Source: Octopus sinensis
Lineage: Eukaryota
DNA: 64,000 nt
Direction of reading: 5' to 3'
Assembly: GCF_006345805.1 (NCBI RefSeq)
Contig: NC_043010.1
Location: 48,112,001 to 48,176,000 of the forward strand
The notes below the pieces were generated by a model that did not search any database, was not told the origin of the DNA, and saw only the letters and a list, made by a program, of their open reading frames with translations. Made by a program: the position numbers and the translations under genes. Below, piece after piece: positions 12,423 through 24,308 of the stretch. The stretch's first letter is position 1, and each line of letters opens with the position of its first letter.

Positions 12423-12692
12423 GTAGCTGTCGTTATGCAGAGATTAAGAATTCTATCCTACGTGGGACTTACAGTGCCCATCGCATGCAGGTCTCTGTGG
12501 AACAGTGTAAGCATATATGTGAAGAAGGAGTACTCGGTTTTACCTGCAGGTCCTTTGTTTGGCATATCAAACACAGCTACTGTCAGTTCAGCGAGGGTAA
12601 GCTATGGATGACAGTCAATTACACATTGGAACACCATGAGAATTGGAATTATTATCAGAAAAACTGCACCACCAAAGTTATTATCATCGAAG
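12423..12692 (+). CDS. CTL-PAN-TM receptor, exon 5 (PAN/apple domain)
   Basis: 270-nt symmetric phase 1-1 exon encoding SCRYAEIKNSILRG...SVEQCKHIC...FTCRSFVW...SYCQFS...NWNYYQKNC, the six-Cys PAN pattern; acceptor ttgttttAG, donor GTATTG. Confidence 0.9.
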
Positions 12693-12909
12693 GTATTGTC
12701 AACCCTTCAAGTTTACTTATTTTCACCTGAGATTAGTTTAAGGCAATGAAAATTTACCTGCAGATTTCCAATCAGCTGAGTGATATGCTTATGAGTTGTC
12801 CACTTCTGCTATCCTTCTCTTATTCTCTCTCTCTCTCCTCTCTTTTTCTCTTCCTCTCTATCTTTTATTATCAAACTGTGATGATGATGATACGATAGAG
12901 GAGGAGGTA

Positions 12910-12946
<37 letters not shown>

Positions 12947-13832
12947 CACACACACGTGATACTCTAGGCAGGATGAGCTCACATAGAAGCCTCTACATGG
13001 TTTCTCAACCTGCTAGAAGAAACAGCTGCTAGTTTTCCCCTCATATCACACCCTTACCTTCATGAAGGAATTGATACAATATATAATGTAGTCCTAGCCT
13101 TGACATGTCTGAATGATAGACAGGATGGTCATGACTGGAAACTCTAGTGGCAACTTCTTAGAACTTTAATCTACAACTTTTATTTACTTATTTATATATT
13201 TATTTATCTATTTATTTATTTATTTATTTTCTTTAATTACCATATATAGTAAAAAGAAACTCTGCAATGTATGGGGGTGAAAGTGGGAAAAATTAACTAC
13301 AACAATAACATCATTTCAAAGAAAGCTTCATTATTTCATTAGTGAAGCAAATATTACTGCAGTAAATTGGGAATACTTTATATAGTAAATCAGGAAATTC
13401 TAATTGATTAAAGTTACACTTTTAGTGATGTGATTAATCATTATGTGAATGACTGAATGTTGGTTAAAAAAGAAAAAAAAAAAGAGTGAAAGAGAGAAAG
13501 AAAAGAGATAAACACTACGACTGTCTTCTAGTTTCTCAGAGTTTTATCAAATGCTGCAACAGTTGCTGATATTTCAGTCTATTTTGAAAATCTTAAATTT
13601 CATTTTCAGCTGCCATTTGATCATCAATTCAATTTATTTTCATTGAATTAATTAAAGTGAATTAGGAAATGGACAGTGGAGCGAAAGTAAAAAAAAAAAA
13701 AAATATGTCTTGCCAATTCTTTGTTCTGCAACTTTTGAGTCATTCTGCTCAAGCATTTGTGGAAGTGTTGTAAAATGGTGGTAAGATAGCCACAAGGTGA
13801 ATCTGCTGCGTTGGTTCAATTCTCAACTATTT

Positions 13833-14055
13833 TACTCTTTTACTTGTTTCAGTCATTTGACTGTGGCCTTGCTGGAGCACCGCCTTTAGTCGAGCAAATC
13901 GACCCCAGGACTTATTCTTTGGAAGCCTAGTACTTATTCTATCGGTCTCTTTTTCCGAACCGCTAAGTTACAGGGACGTAAACACGCCAATATCGATTGT
14001 CAAGTGATGTTGGGGGGACAAACACAGACATACAAACATAAACACACACATACAT

Positions 14056-14101
<46 letters not shown>

Positions 14102-14277
14102 TATATATACATATATACGACGGGCTTCTTTCAGTTTCCGTCTACCAAATCTACTCACAAGGCTTTGGTCGGCCCGAGGCTACAGTAGAAGACACTTGCC
14201 CAAGGTGCCCTGCAGTGGGACTGAACCTGGAATCATGTGGTTGGTAAGCAAGCTACTTACCACACAGCCACTCCTAC
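13833..14277 (-). mobile_element. SINE family A copy
   Basis: Full-length reverse copy. Confidence 0.9.
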
Positions 14278-14809
14278 TGAGCAAATATCAAATATCTATC
14301 ATATATTTAAGGGAAATTTGGCCACCATTTTTGCTAGATAGGGGCTCCCACATTGGTTTGTCACGGTTCATTATAAAGATGTTCTAAGATGGTGAACTGG
14401 TAGGATTGTTAGCATTTTTGGGAAAGATTCTGAGCAGCATTTCTTCTGGTTTTACATTCTGAGTTCAAATCCTGTTGAAGTCAACTTTGCCTTTCATCAT
14501 TTATTTATTTAGAGCAGTGGTTCTCAAGCAGGGTTCATATGACCCTTGAGGGTTTATATAAAATTTTTGGGGGTCCAAACAATAAAATAGTAAATAGTAT
14601 TTTAAGGACCCCTGAAAAAAATTTTGACTTAGATATTTGTATTGGTATGTTTGCAAGAAACAGCTATGGTTTATTTCTCTAACATTTTACATAATTCAAC
14701 CCACACAAGTTAATGTGTGAAAAACAAAATAGGAATTTTGAAAGAAGTTTCTATAAAACTAGTTTCTAGACATCAAATACACATAGAACTAGATTTTCTC
14801 AAACGTTCA

Positions 14810-15350
14810 GGAGGCTCCCTAGAGGTTGTAGATAGTTTTTATCACCTAAGTGACCAAAGTAGCTGTGGAGGAGGTTGTTATAAAAGTATAGTTGCTAGAA
14901 TAAGAATAGGATGGAGGCCTCTTTCTTAAAGTGAAAGGCAGAGCATATGATGCTTGTGTATGAACAGCTATGCTTGCTCTATGGTAGTGAGATGGGAGTC
15001 CTGAATGCAGAGGAGATGCATTGACTGTAGAGGAATGAAGCTAGCATGCTCTGATGCATGTGAAACATCAGTGTGCATATATTACAAAGTGAAAATGTGC
15101 CAAGAGAAAAGTTAGGCATCAGATTAATCTGAAGTAGCTTGCAAAAGAGAAGACTACAATGGTTTGGATATGTGATGCATATGAATGAAGATAGCTGTAT
15201 AGAGAAGAGCCAACTGCTTAAAGTGGATAGAACCTGCATAAGAGGGAGACCCAGGAAGATGTAAAATGAAATAGTGAGGGCTGATATCAAGATGTTGAGC
15301 CTCACAGAGAAGATGACAATGGACCACAATGTCTGATGATTTGAGGTTCC
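14810..15350 (+). mobile_element. RTE-clade LINE, degenerate RT C-terminal region
   Basis: Broken frames give GGSLEVVDSF.YL.D...SIVARIRIGW and KGRAYDACV..AML, plus RGRPRK-like residues. Confidence 0.85.
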
Positions 15351-15839
15351 AGAAGCATTGTGTATTCCACCCACATGTATCATTAATTAACACACTCCAC
15401 CCCAATGAACCAAACTACAGCTCTTCATGCACCATGCTTGTTTCCACCCACCACTGCTGCTGCAACCCAATGCTATTTTGTCAGCTCTCTCTCTCTCCTG
15501 TCCTCCTGCCAATTGTATCCCTTGCTATCCTACTGCTCCCCAACATACCCATGATCCCCACTCACTGCATTCTCCTTCCCACTCACCCCATTTGCATGCT
15601 CTTGAACTCCCTACTTACTCACCCCAACCAATCCTCTGTACTACTCCATTTACATTAACCTCCTTGTACCTTGAGGGTATACTCTGGCATGTCAGCACCC
15701 TCTTCTCTCTCTTTCTTTCTTTGACTAGGGTAACCATGTATCTCCTCTACAGCAAGACACCTGATTCTGTCCCTCTATCATAGCTTAACCTCACATCACC
15801 TGGCACATTGTCACCTCTCTTAATATCACTCCCACTCTC

Positions 15840-16580
15840 AGTTAAAGGGTTTTCATCTTGCTTGATGATCTTGGTGATGTGGGTGCCACATAAAAAGCAC
15901 CCAGTACACTCTGTGAAGTGGTTGGCATTAGGAAGGGCATCCAGCTGTAGAAACAATACCAAAAAAGACAGTAGTGATTGGTGCAGTCCTCTGGCTTTCC
16001 AGTTCCTGTCAAACCATCCAATCCATGCCAGCATGGAAAACAGACATTAAATGATGATGATGCACGTGCACACACACACACACATAAAAAGTACCATTCA
16101 AGCATGGTCGATGCCAGTCCCGCCTGACTGGTCTCATGCTGGTGGCACATAAAAAACACCATTTGAGCGTGATCATTGCCTGTGCTGCTTGACTGGTCTT
16201 GTGCTGGTGGCACATAAAAAACACAATTTGAGCGTTGATGCCAGTGCTGGCCGGCTGGTCCCGTGCCGGTGGCACATAAAAAGCACCATTAGAGTGTGGT
16301 TGTTGCCAGTGCTACCTGACTGGCACCTGTGCTGGTGACACATAAAAAAGCACCATTCAAGTGTGGTTGATGCCAGTACCAATTGACTGAACCTCATGCA
16401 TGTGGCACTTAAAAAGCACCCACTACACTCTTGGAATGGTTGATGTTAGGAAGGGCATCAACAGTAGAAACTTTGCCAGATCAGATTGGAGCCTGGTACA
16501 GACTTCTGGTTTGCCAGCCCTCAGTCAAACCATCCAATCCATGCCAACATGGAAAGCAGACGTTAAACAATAATGATGAT
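15840..16580 (+). mobile_element. RTE LINE 3' UTR/tail fragments with (ATG)n tail and about 50-bp subrepeats
   Basis: ggcacataaaaagcacc subrepeats, ...ggcattaggaagggcatccagc...catggaaagcagacgttaaa(cgatgat)n; about 15 copies, e.g. 8160-8445, 10450-10860(-), 31205-31455, 39960-40205, 56185-56462, 56935-57310(-), 58400-58570(-), 62655-62945(-). Joined to RTE ORF ends at 2660-3000 and 9640-10000. Confidence 0.8.
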
Positions 16581-16609
16581 GTATACTGATAATAAGAAAA
16601 ACGAAGAAT

Positions 16610-16691
<82 letters not shown>

Positions 16692-17390
16692 TACAGGCAT
16701 AGACATGTGGTAAGGAGCTTGTTTCCCAACCATATGGTTCGGGGTTCAGTCCCACTTTGTGACACCGTGGGCAAATGTCTTCTGCTTTAGCCTTGGTCTG
16801 ACCAAAGCCTTGTGAGTGGATTTGATAGATAGAAACTGAAAGAGGCACTCATTGTATACATGTATGCATATATCACTGTGTGTGTGTCTTTGTGCTTGTG
16901 TTTGGCTCCCCACCCCTACTTGCAAACTGGTGCTGGTCTGCTTATGCCCCGATAACTTAGCAGTTCAGCAAAAGAGAATGATAGAATAAGTACCAGGCTT
17001 TTAAAAAATTAGTACTAGGGTGGATAGATTCGATAAAAAATTCTTTGAGGTGGTGTCCCAGCATGGCCACAGTCTAATGACTGAAATATAGTAAAAGAAA
17101 TAAGTTCCAAAATATAAACAGAAACACAGAGGAACAAATGGGATATTCACACACAAGACACAATTCCATCAATTGTAACTCAACACCATCAGAAGGTTAC
17201 TCCCACATAATGACTATTGTTACTAATGTGTTCAAACTCCATGGAATGATGACTGATCTTGCTTACCCCTTCTCATGTGACACCCAATATAAGAAACCAA
17301 TGTCACTGAATACAAGTTGGTGCTGAAAAGTTTCTGGCTTTGGGTAAAAGAAAATACAGGGAGGATCAGTAAATTATAATTTTATTCAAA

Positions 17391-17783
17391 ACAAGCAGTA
17401 TCGCCCAGAGTTGCTCGGGTTTGTTTCGACCCTTTAGAATTGGAATTTTTGAAAAGTAAACATTTTGCATTATGTAGCTTGTTATTCTCTTTAAGTGAAC
17501 ATTTTTCTGGTTGAAATACACCGAAAAATGGCAACACAGCAGTCAAAAAATTGTAAAAAATAGGGATTTTCATAGAAAAAAAAGCACCTTTTTGATATAA
17601 ATAATTTTTGGTGTTAACATGGTCCGATTTGAATTTTATCTTCTACGGAATAAAGAGCAAGCCTTCTTCTACCATACTCTCAATTTTGGTCAACTTGCGC
17701 CACAGGGTCTCGGAGAAGATAGTGTTAGTTGAAGGCTACCAAACCTGCCATACACACACAACTTCAGCTTTATAAATATAGAG
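17391..17783 (+). mobile_element. HINE-like copy inserted into a mariner MITE
   Basis: High identity to 6663-7119; splits the MITE sequence ttttattcaa|atattcc. Confidence 0.8.
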
Positions 17784-18538
17784 ATATTCCTCTCAGCTTC
17801 AAACACTTATTGCAGTGATCCTTCAGTTTTTCGAGGTCCTGTGAAAGAACTTGGAAGGTTGGGCCTCCAACTAGGCCTTTCATGATACCCTGAAAGACAG
17901 GAACTTTTCAGCACCCCCCTCATATACTACACTGCAGCCTGTTATCAAAGCGTATCCAGCATACTGACAATATCATGTCTGCAACATGTGGACCTACAAG
18001 TAAAAAAAATAACTCATGTTGCTTTAGTAGCATTACACTACATAACTGCAGCTGATCAGTAGAGGTTTAAACATGTAGAAGCTATTTTGAATTCCTTTGA
18101 AAGTCTATACTTTGTCTCTGATGTGGTAGATATTTCCTCCTATGTCCCCACAAAGTAATGTAGAGCCGAGTAAAACTTATTAAATACAGGTGTGGATGTA
18201 TGATTAAGAAGCTTACTTCCCAACCATGTGGTCTTGGGTTCAGTCCCACTGTGTGGCACTTTGCACATGTATATTCTTCTATAGCCCCAGGCCAACCAAA
18301 GCTTTGAAAGTGAATTTGGTGAATGGAGATATAAATATATATTGGGAGAGAGAGTCAATAGATGAGATCCAGAGATGCTCAATATAGAAAACACTTAATA
18401 TTGTTCATCACTTGCATATTTTCAATCTTTGTTTTCTCTCTCTCTTTACATGTGTGTGTGTGTATGTATATTTTATTTATCTAGCCCAATTGATTTATTT
18501 GTTATTTGCATCTTTCGGTCTGTCTGTCTGTCTGTCTC

Positions 18539-18575
<37 letters not shown>

Positions 18576-18789
18576 CCTTTCTCCTAAAGGCACAGAGCCT
18601 GAAATTTGGTGGGAGGGCACTAGTCGATTACATTAACTCCAGTGTTTTGCTGGTACTTATTTTATTGACCCCAAAAGGATGAAAAACAAAGTCAACCTCG
18701 GCAGAATTTGAAGTCAGAACATAAGGACGGACGAAATGATGGGGTCATTTTGCCTTTCAAGCTAATGATTCCACCAGCTGGCCACCTTT

Positions 18790-18822
18790 ATAATAATAAT
18801 AATAATGACAATAACAATAATA

Positions 18823-18869
<47 letters not shown>

Positions 18870-18880
18870 GTAATAATAAC

Positions 18881-18936
<56 letters not shown>

Positions 18937-18945
18937 TAATAATAA
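18790..18945 (+). repeat. Long (ATA)n microsatellite
   Basis: About 150 bp with few interruptions. Confidence 0.95.
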
Positions 18946-19328
18946 AAAAAAGAATAAGAATAGTAATAATCTGGGAATCTGGGAATGCATACAATGAGCT
19001 TCTCTACCCTAGGTGTATGGAAAACACCCGGCAAGAAACGGAAGAAAATTTGAAGAAAGAAGGAAAAAACATAATAATAATAATGATAATAATAAAAAGA
19101 ATAAGAATAGTAATAATATGTATGCATGTATGTTTGTCCTGCACTGCCACTTAACAACTGGTGCTGGTTAGTTTATATCAGTGCAGCTTAGCATAAAAGA
19201 GACCAATAGAATAAATACCAGACTTACAATTGAGTACTGGGGTTGGTTTGTTACATGTGTATGATATATATTTGATACATATATATATATATAGAGATAT
19301 ACATATATATATATTTTTTCTTTTTCAG

Positions 19329-19439
19329 AGGAAGCTATTAAAAACAACATGTCTATGTTCAGTACCTCATCTCTTGTAGAATGGATACCAACCAGTAGCA
19401 TTCCAGAATCATTTACAGAACACCCAGTAATTTCTTCAT
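19329..19439 (+). CDS. CTL-PAN-TM receptor, exon 6 (Ser/Thr-rich stalk)
   Basis: ttttctttttcAG acceptor, GTAAGA donor, 111 nt, open (EEAIKNNMSMFSTSSLVEWIPTSSIPESFTEHPVISS), phase 1-1. Confidence 0.8.
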
Positions 19440-19544
19440 GTAAGAAACATAATGCATGAAGACCTCTAGCTAGGTCTTCGTATTCCTCAATTTTTTTTCG
19501 ATTTCTTTAGTATTGACTCTGCTATCATAGGGAATTGCAAAATT

Positions 19545-19720
19545 CTATGATCTTACAGTTTGTTTGTTTGTTTTATCCTCTATAATTATGTCTGGTATTT
19601 TTGCTTCAATATTACGGTCAGTCTTTATGGTGAATTCCCACAAGATCTTGTAATTCTCATTTTCTCTCACAGCCTTTAGCTTATGGTCACCCTCTCCCCA
19701 CCACCACACACATACCATGA
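19545..19720 (-). mobile_element. REL-endonuclease non-LTR retrotransposon fragment (R4/Dong-like)
   Basis: ENENYKILWEFTIKTDRNIEAKIPDIIIEDK matches the ILWDF.IQTD..I.ARRPD motif; a 3' end ([13 protein letters not shown]) with (AAT)n lies at 10030-10177(+). Confidence 0.75.
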
Positions 19721-20603
19721 GCTTCGCAGAGTGAACAGAAAGTTGGTTTGCTGAATTCTTTGTTATTTTCGAAATCAATTGCAACAAAATCAATGTATAT
19801 CAATGGAAATATAGAAGCAAAGAAGAGTGTTAGATAGCACTGTGTTAGATATAACAGTAATGGAGAAGTTCTTAACCGGATCAAGCCGAAGCTGTCGCTA
19901 GAAGCTAAACTGCTAAGTTACAGGGATGTAAACACTCCAACACTGGTTCTTAAGTGATGGGAGAACAAACGCAAAGACACACACATAGATATATACATAC
20001 ACACACACACACACACATATATATATATGTTTATCATATCACCACCCCTGCACGATGTCTTTAAACTTTTTTCTTTCGTTGCCAAATTGTTTTGCCGCCT
20101 TTTTCTCCCAGCCTCTCTGATTCCTTCTCTCCCTCTCTCTCTTGGTCACTGCTTCTGTCCTCGCCTTCCACCCTCCTTGGTCCCCTCTCTCTCTTACCCC
20201 CTTCTCTCTCTTACCCTCTTGCGACTTGCTGCCTCAGCCATTCTGTTGCCATCGGCCGCTTGTTCAACATGTGTCTCATCACCAAAAAGGTAATCATTTT
20301 TCCACGCTTGCTGATATTGTTTTTGTGTCTCCTTTTGTCTCAAAGCCGTAGGGCGCCTGTGTCATCCATGTTTTTAACCGTTACTGTCTCCAAAACAGAT
20401 TTTTTTGTTTCATGTTTGTCTCTGTTGCATTGCATTCTTTCCTTCTGAGGCTGGCTGATTCAGAGCAGATCTCAGAATTAAACAGCCGAAAAATCTGCGA
20501 TGAGGAATCAGTTTCTGACTGAAGAACGAAGGCTTTGAATGACCCGTTTGTCTTTTATGTTCGTCCCTTCGTGTATTTCACGTTATTTATTTATGTAAAG
20601 GTT

Positions 20604-20639
<36 letters not shown>

Positions 20640-21337
20640 GAAATATTAAAATTACTAAGCCTCTCTAAAAGAGATTACGGCAGCGTTACTGGAAATTAAT
20701 TGTTATCGCCATATTAATATGGCAGTCTTATAGATATAAGACTAAAAGCTGTCGCTGATTAGCTCCATGAGGCCATCGCCTTAAGATAGCTATTTGACAC
20801 ACAAACTGTGTCCATTATAACTTTCGAACAAGGGAGGTCAGCCGCTTCACACTGCTAGTCAGACAGCTACAGATGCGTTTCAGGGTATTTGCCCTTTGTC
20901 AATGTATATATACACGATGGGCTTCTTTCAGTTTCCATCTTTCAAATCCACTCACAAGGCTTTGGTTGACCTGAGGCTATAGTAGGAGACATTTGCCCAA
21001 GGTGTCACACAGTGGGACTGGACCCAGAACCATGTGGTTTGGAAGCAAGCTTCTTACCACACAGCCATGCCTAACAAATTTATTGCAGATAAATTTTAAC
21101 AACAAAATCTTATATGGCCCTCCAAGGGCCATGTGGACCCTGGTTGAAAACCACTGGTTTAGCCCTCAATCAATATGACTGTTTGGCTAAGAAAGAAAAT
21201 CACTTTGCTACTACATGGTTGGAGTTCAATCCCAGTATGTGGCACCTTGGGCATGTGTCTTCTACTATAACTTCAGACCAACCAATGCCTTGTGAGTGAA
21301 TTTGGTAGACAGAAATTGCATGGAAGTTTGTCTCATA

Positions 21338-21374
<37 letters not shown>

Positions 21375-21701
21375 ACATGCGTGCATATGTATGTGCATAC
21401 GTACGTGTATGTGTATGTCTTTGTGTTCGTATTTGTCTCACTATCATCACTTGATAACCAGTGTTGGTTTGTTTACTTCTCCATAACTTAGCAGTTCAGC
21501 AAAAGTGACTGATAGAACTTTAAAAAATGTAGTAAGTGACTGATAGAACTTTAAAAAATGTAGTAACGGGGTCAATTTGTTCAACTAAACCCTTCAAGGC
21601 TGTGTCACAGCATGGCTGCAGTCCAATGACTGAAACAAATAAAACATACGATAAAACCTAACAGATTATATTTAAACAAAAGATCATACAAAATCTCTTC
21701 C

Positions 21702-21947
21702 ATGTGATTAATGAATAGAAAATGTGATTAATGAATAAAAATGTCATTAATGAATAAAAATGTGATTAATGAATAAAAAATGTGATTAATAAATAAAAAA
21801 GTGTGATTAATGAATTAAAAATGTCATTAATGAATTAAAAAAATGTGATTAATGAATAAAAAATGTGATTAATGAATAAAAAAATGTGATTAATGAATCA
21901 AAAAATGTGATTAATGAATCAAAAAAATGTAATTAATGAATAAAAAA
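21702..21947 (+). repeat. Minisatellite, 12 units of 19-22 bp (ATGTGATTAATGAATAAAA)
   Basis: Counted directly; ends 23 nt before exon 7. Confidence 0.95.
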
Positions 21948-21970
21948 CCCCAAATATTTTGTCTTTGTAG

Positions 21971-22030
21971 TGACAGATGAATTTGTATCATCATCAAACT
22001 TCCTATCAGAAAGCTATCATCCCGTTATAG
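21971..22030 (+). CDS. CTL-PAN-TM receptor, exon 7 (stalk)
   Basis: gtctttgtAG acceptor, G|GTAAGT donor, 60 nt (LTDEFVSSSNFLSESYHPVI); required to avoid a TAA at an exon 6/8 junction. Confidence 0.8.
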
Positions 22031-22745
22031 GTAAGTTTGATAACATGACACAAACCAAATTGTGTATTCTCTTTTATAGATATTGTGACCATGTAGGCGC
22101 AGGAGTGGCTGTGTGGTAAGTAGCTCGCTTACCAACCACATAGTTCTGGGTTCAGTCCCACTGTGTGGCACCTTGGGCAAGTGTCTTCTACTATAGCCTC
22201 AGGCCGACCAAAGCCTTGTGAGTGGATTTGGTAGACGGAAAATGAAAGAAGCCCGTCTTATATATGTGTGTATGTGTGTGTTTGTATGTCTTTTTTTTTG
22301 CCCCCAACATCACTTGACAACTGATGCTGGTGTGTTTACGTCCTGGGGTCGATTTGCTCGACTATAGGCGGTACTCCAGCATGGCCGCAGTCAAATGACT
22401 GAAACAAGTAAAAGAGTAATGATGATTGAGTTGCTTGAGGGTGATTCTGTCTCTTAAAGCTATCTATCTATCTATCTATCTATATACACACACACACATA
22501 CATACACACACATAAACATACACACACATACAATGTATTTCAAATTATTAACAACATAATATTTGTTTATTTTAATTAAAAACTAATTGTTGGAATTTGA
22601 TGAAATTTCTACAGAATGATGGCATCAGTTATATGTGCATGGTGTGTAAAAAACATGAGGTTTTGTACAAGTGTAAACAAACCGTGGCCATTTGCAAACT
22701 TTCAGTGTTCCAAATTATTAAAAGTGGTTTGATAATCATGTAAGT

Positions 22746-23210
22746 ATGGGTCATAAATATGACTTAACTGCTTCAGAGAAATCTGTTATTACTTCTAAAC
22801 TTGCAAAAGGTAAATCAACATTAAAAATATCTAAAATAATTGGATGATATCACCAAAATGTGAAGAAGATTGTTACAGCTCCTATAAGGATAGGTAAGAG
22901 AGCTGACAAGGGTCTGTCAAGCACTGTTTCTCAACATTCTCTGTCACAAATTAAGCATGAAGCTCTAAAGAACCCAGGTCTTACAAGAGGGGAACTTATC
23001 AAGTACATTGGCGAAACAGCTGTGTCCAGAACTATCCAATGTCATCTATAAAAGGTTAGTAAACCAGTGACATCAGTTAAAAGGCCTCCTTTATGCAAAA
23101 TACACATACAAAATCATCTGAAATAAGCAGAAAATAACATGAAAGTCAAGTTTTCAAAAGTTTTGATTACAGACAAAATTTGTGCTACCCTTGATGGACC
23201 TGATGGTGAA
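22746..23210 (+). mobile_element. Tc1-family transposase pseudogene (N-terminal half)
   Basis: MGHKYDLTASEKSVITSKLAKGKSTLKISKIIG*...KVLITDKICATLDGPDG: HTH region plus first catalytic Asp motif, several stops. Confidence 0.8.
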
Positions 23211-23325
23211 GAAATAACTCAACAAATGTTTTTGTCATTGTGAATAAATAATACCAATTTTTTCCCCAATCTCCTGTTTTGATATATATATATATATATA
23301 TATATGTTAACAGATAAAATTTATT

Positions 23326-23397
23326 TGGCCCAGATGTGATTCAAACACGCAGCCTTCTGATCTGGAGTCAGACGCACTACCATTGCACCACAGGGCC
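23326..23397 (-). pseudogene. tRNA-Trp(CCA) pseudogene
   Basis: 72 nt GGCCCTGTGGTGCAATGGTAGTGCGTCTGACTCCAGATCAGAAGGCTGCGTGTTTGAATCACATCTGGGCCA; intact CCA anticodon arm, but T-loop TTTGA, several CpG-type transitions and an acceptor-stem mismatch. Confidence 0.85.
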
Positions 23398-23405
23398 TTC
23401 AGATA

Positions 23406-23465
<60 letters not shown>

Positions 23466-23756
23466 CTCTCTATATATATATGCACACATACACACACACA
23501 CACACATACACATGTATATAAGAAAGGGTGCTGAAAAGATCCTGGCTTTGGGTAAGAGAAAATACGGGAGGATCAGTTAATTATGATTTTATTCAACCTA
23601 TTCCCCTCTCAGATTCACACATTTATTGCAGCAGTCCTTCAGTTTTCTAAGCCCAGTAAAAGAGGTTGGAAGATTGGGTCTCCAACTAGGCATTTTGCAA
23701 TACCTTTAAAGCCAGGAACTTTTCAGCACCCCAACATATATGTATGATTGCATATA

Positions 23757-23921
23757 TAGGCGTAGGAGTGGCTGTGTGGTAAGTAGCTTGCTTACGAACC
23801 ACATGGTTCCGGGTTCAGTCCCACTGCATGGCACCTTGGGCAAGTGTTTTCTACTATAGCCTTGGGCTGACCAAAGCCTTGTGAGTGGATTAGGTAGACG
23901 GAAACTGAAAGAAGCCCGTCG

Positions 23922-23983
<62 letters not shown>

Positions 23984-24200
23984 CTATGTTTGTGTGTCTG
24001 TGTTTGTCCCCCCAACATTGCTTGACAACCGATGTTAGTGTGTTTACGTCCCTGTAACTTAGCGGTTCGGCAAAAGAGACCCATAGAATAAGTACTAGAG
24101 GCTTACAAAGAATAAGTCCTGGGGTTGATTTGCTTGACTAAAAGGCGGTGCTCCAGCATGGCCACAGTCAAATGACTGAAACAAATAAAAGAGTAAAAAA
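23757..24200 (+). mobile_element. SINE family A copy
   Basis: Full length; other + copies at about 16695-17095, 21205-21645 and 22094-22418 (internally deleted). Confidence 0.9.
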
Positions 24201-24273
24201 GAGTAAGAGTGTCTGTATCACTAGCGATTTTTTTCCCCCTGTCTTCCCTTCTCGGGATCTTTCCTTCTCCTAT

Positions 24274-24308
24274 GTTTCCGACGAAGAGCTCCGCTCGAAA
24301 CGTCAAAC
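24274..24308 (+). ncRNA. Degenerate minimal type-I hammerhead motif (U4C) in a Penelope-like repeat
   Basis: gttt CCGACGA A GAGC-tcc-GCTC GAAA CGTC aaac: all three stems present, GUC cleavage triplet. Confidence 0.65.

Noticed and set aside
15840-16420. Regularly spaced repeats of about 17-20 bp resembling a CRISPR array
   Set aside because: Spacers are mutually similar, the array is the internal subrepeat of the RTE 3' UTR, the context is eukaryotic and there are no cas genes.
18708-19157. Poly-Ile, poly-Tyr and poly-Leu ORFs
   Set aside because: (ATA)n microsatellite.
20439-20507. Fifth hammerhead-like string (ttcctt CTGAGGC T GGCTG...CAGCC GAAA...gaggaa)
   Set aside because: Stems I and II pair, but A9 is mutated and no valid stem III/UH triplet can be drawn; at best a heavily decayed copy.
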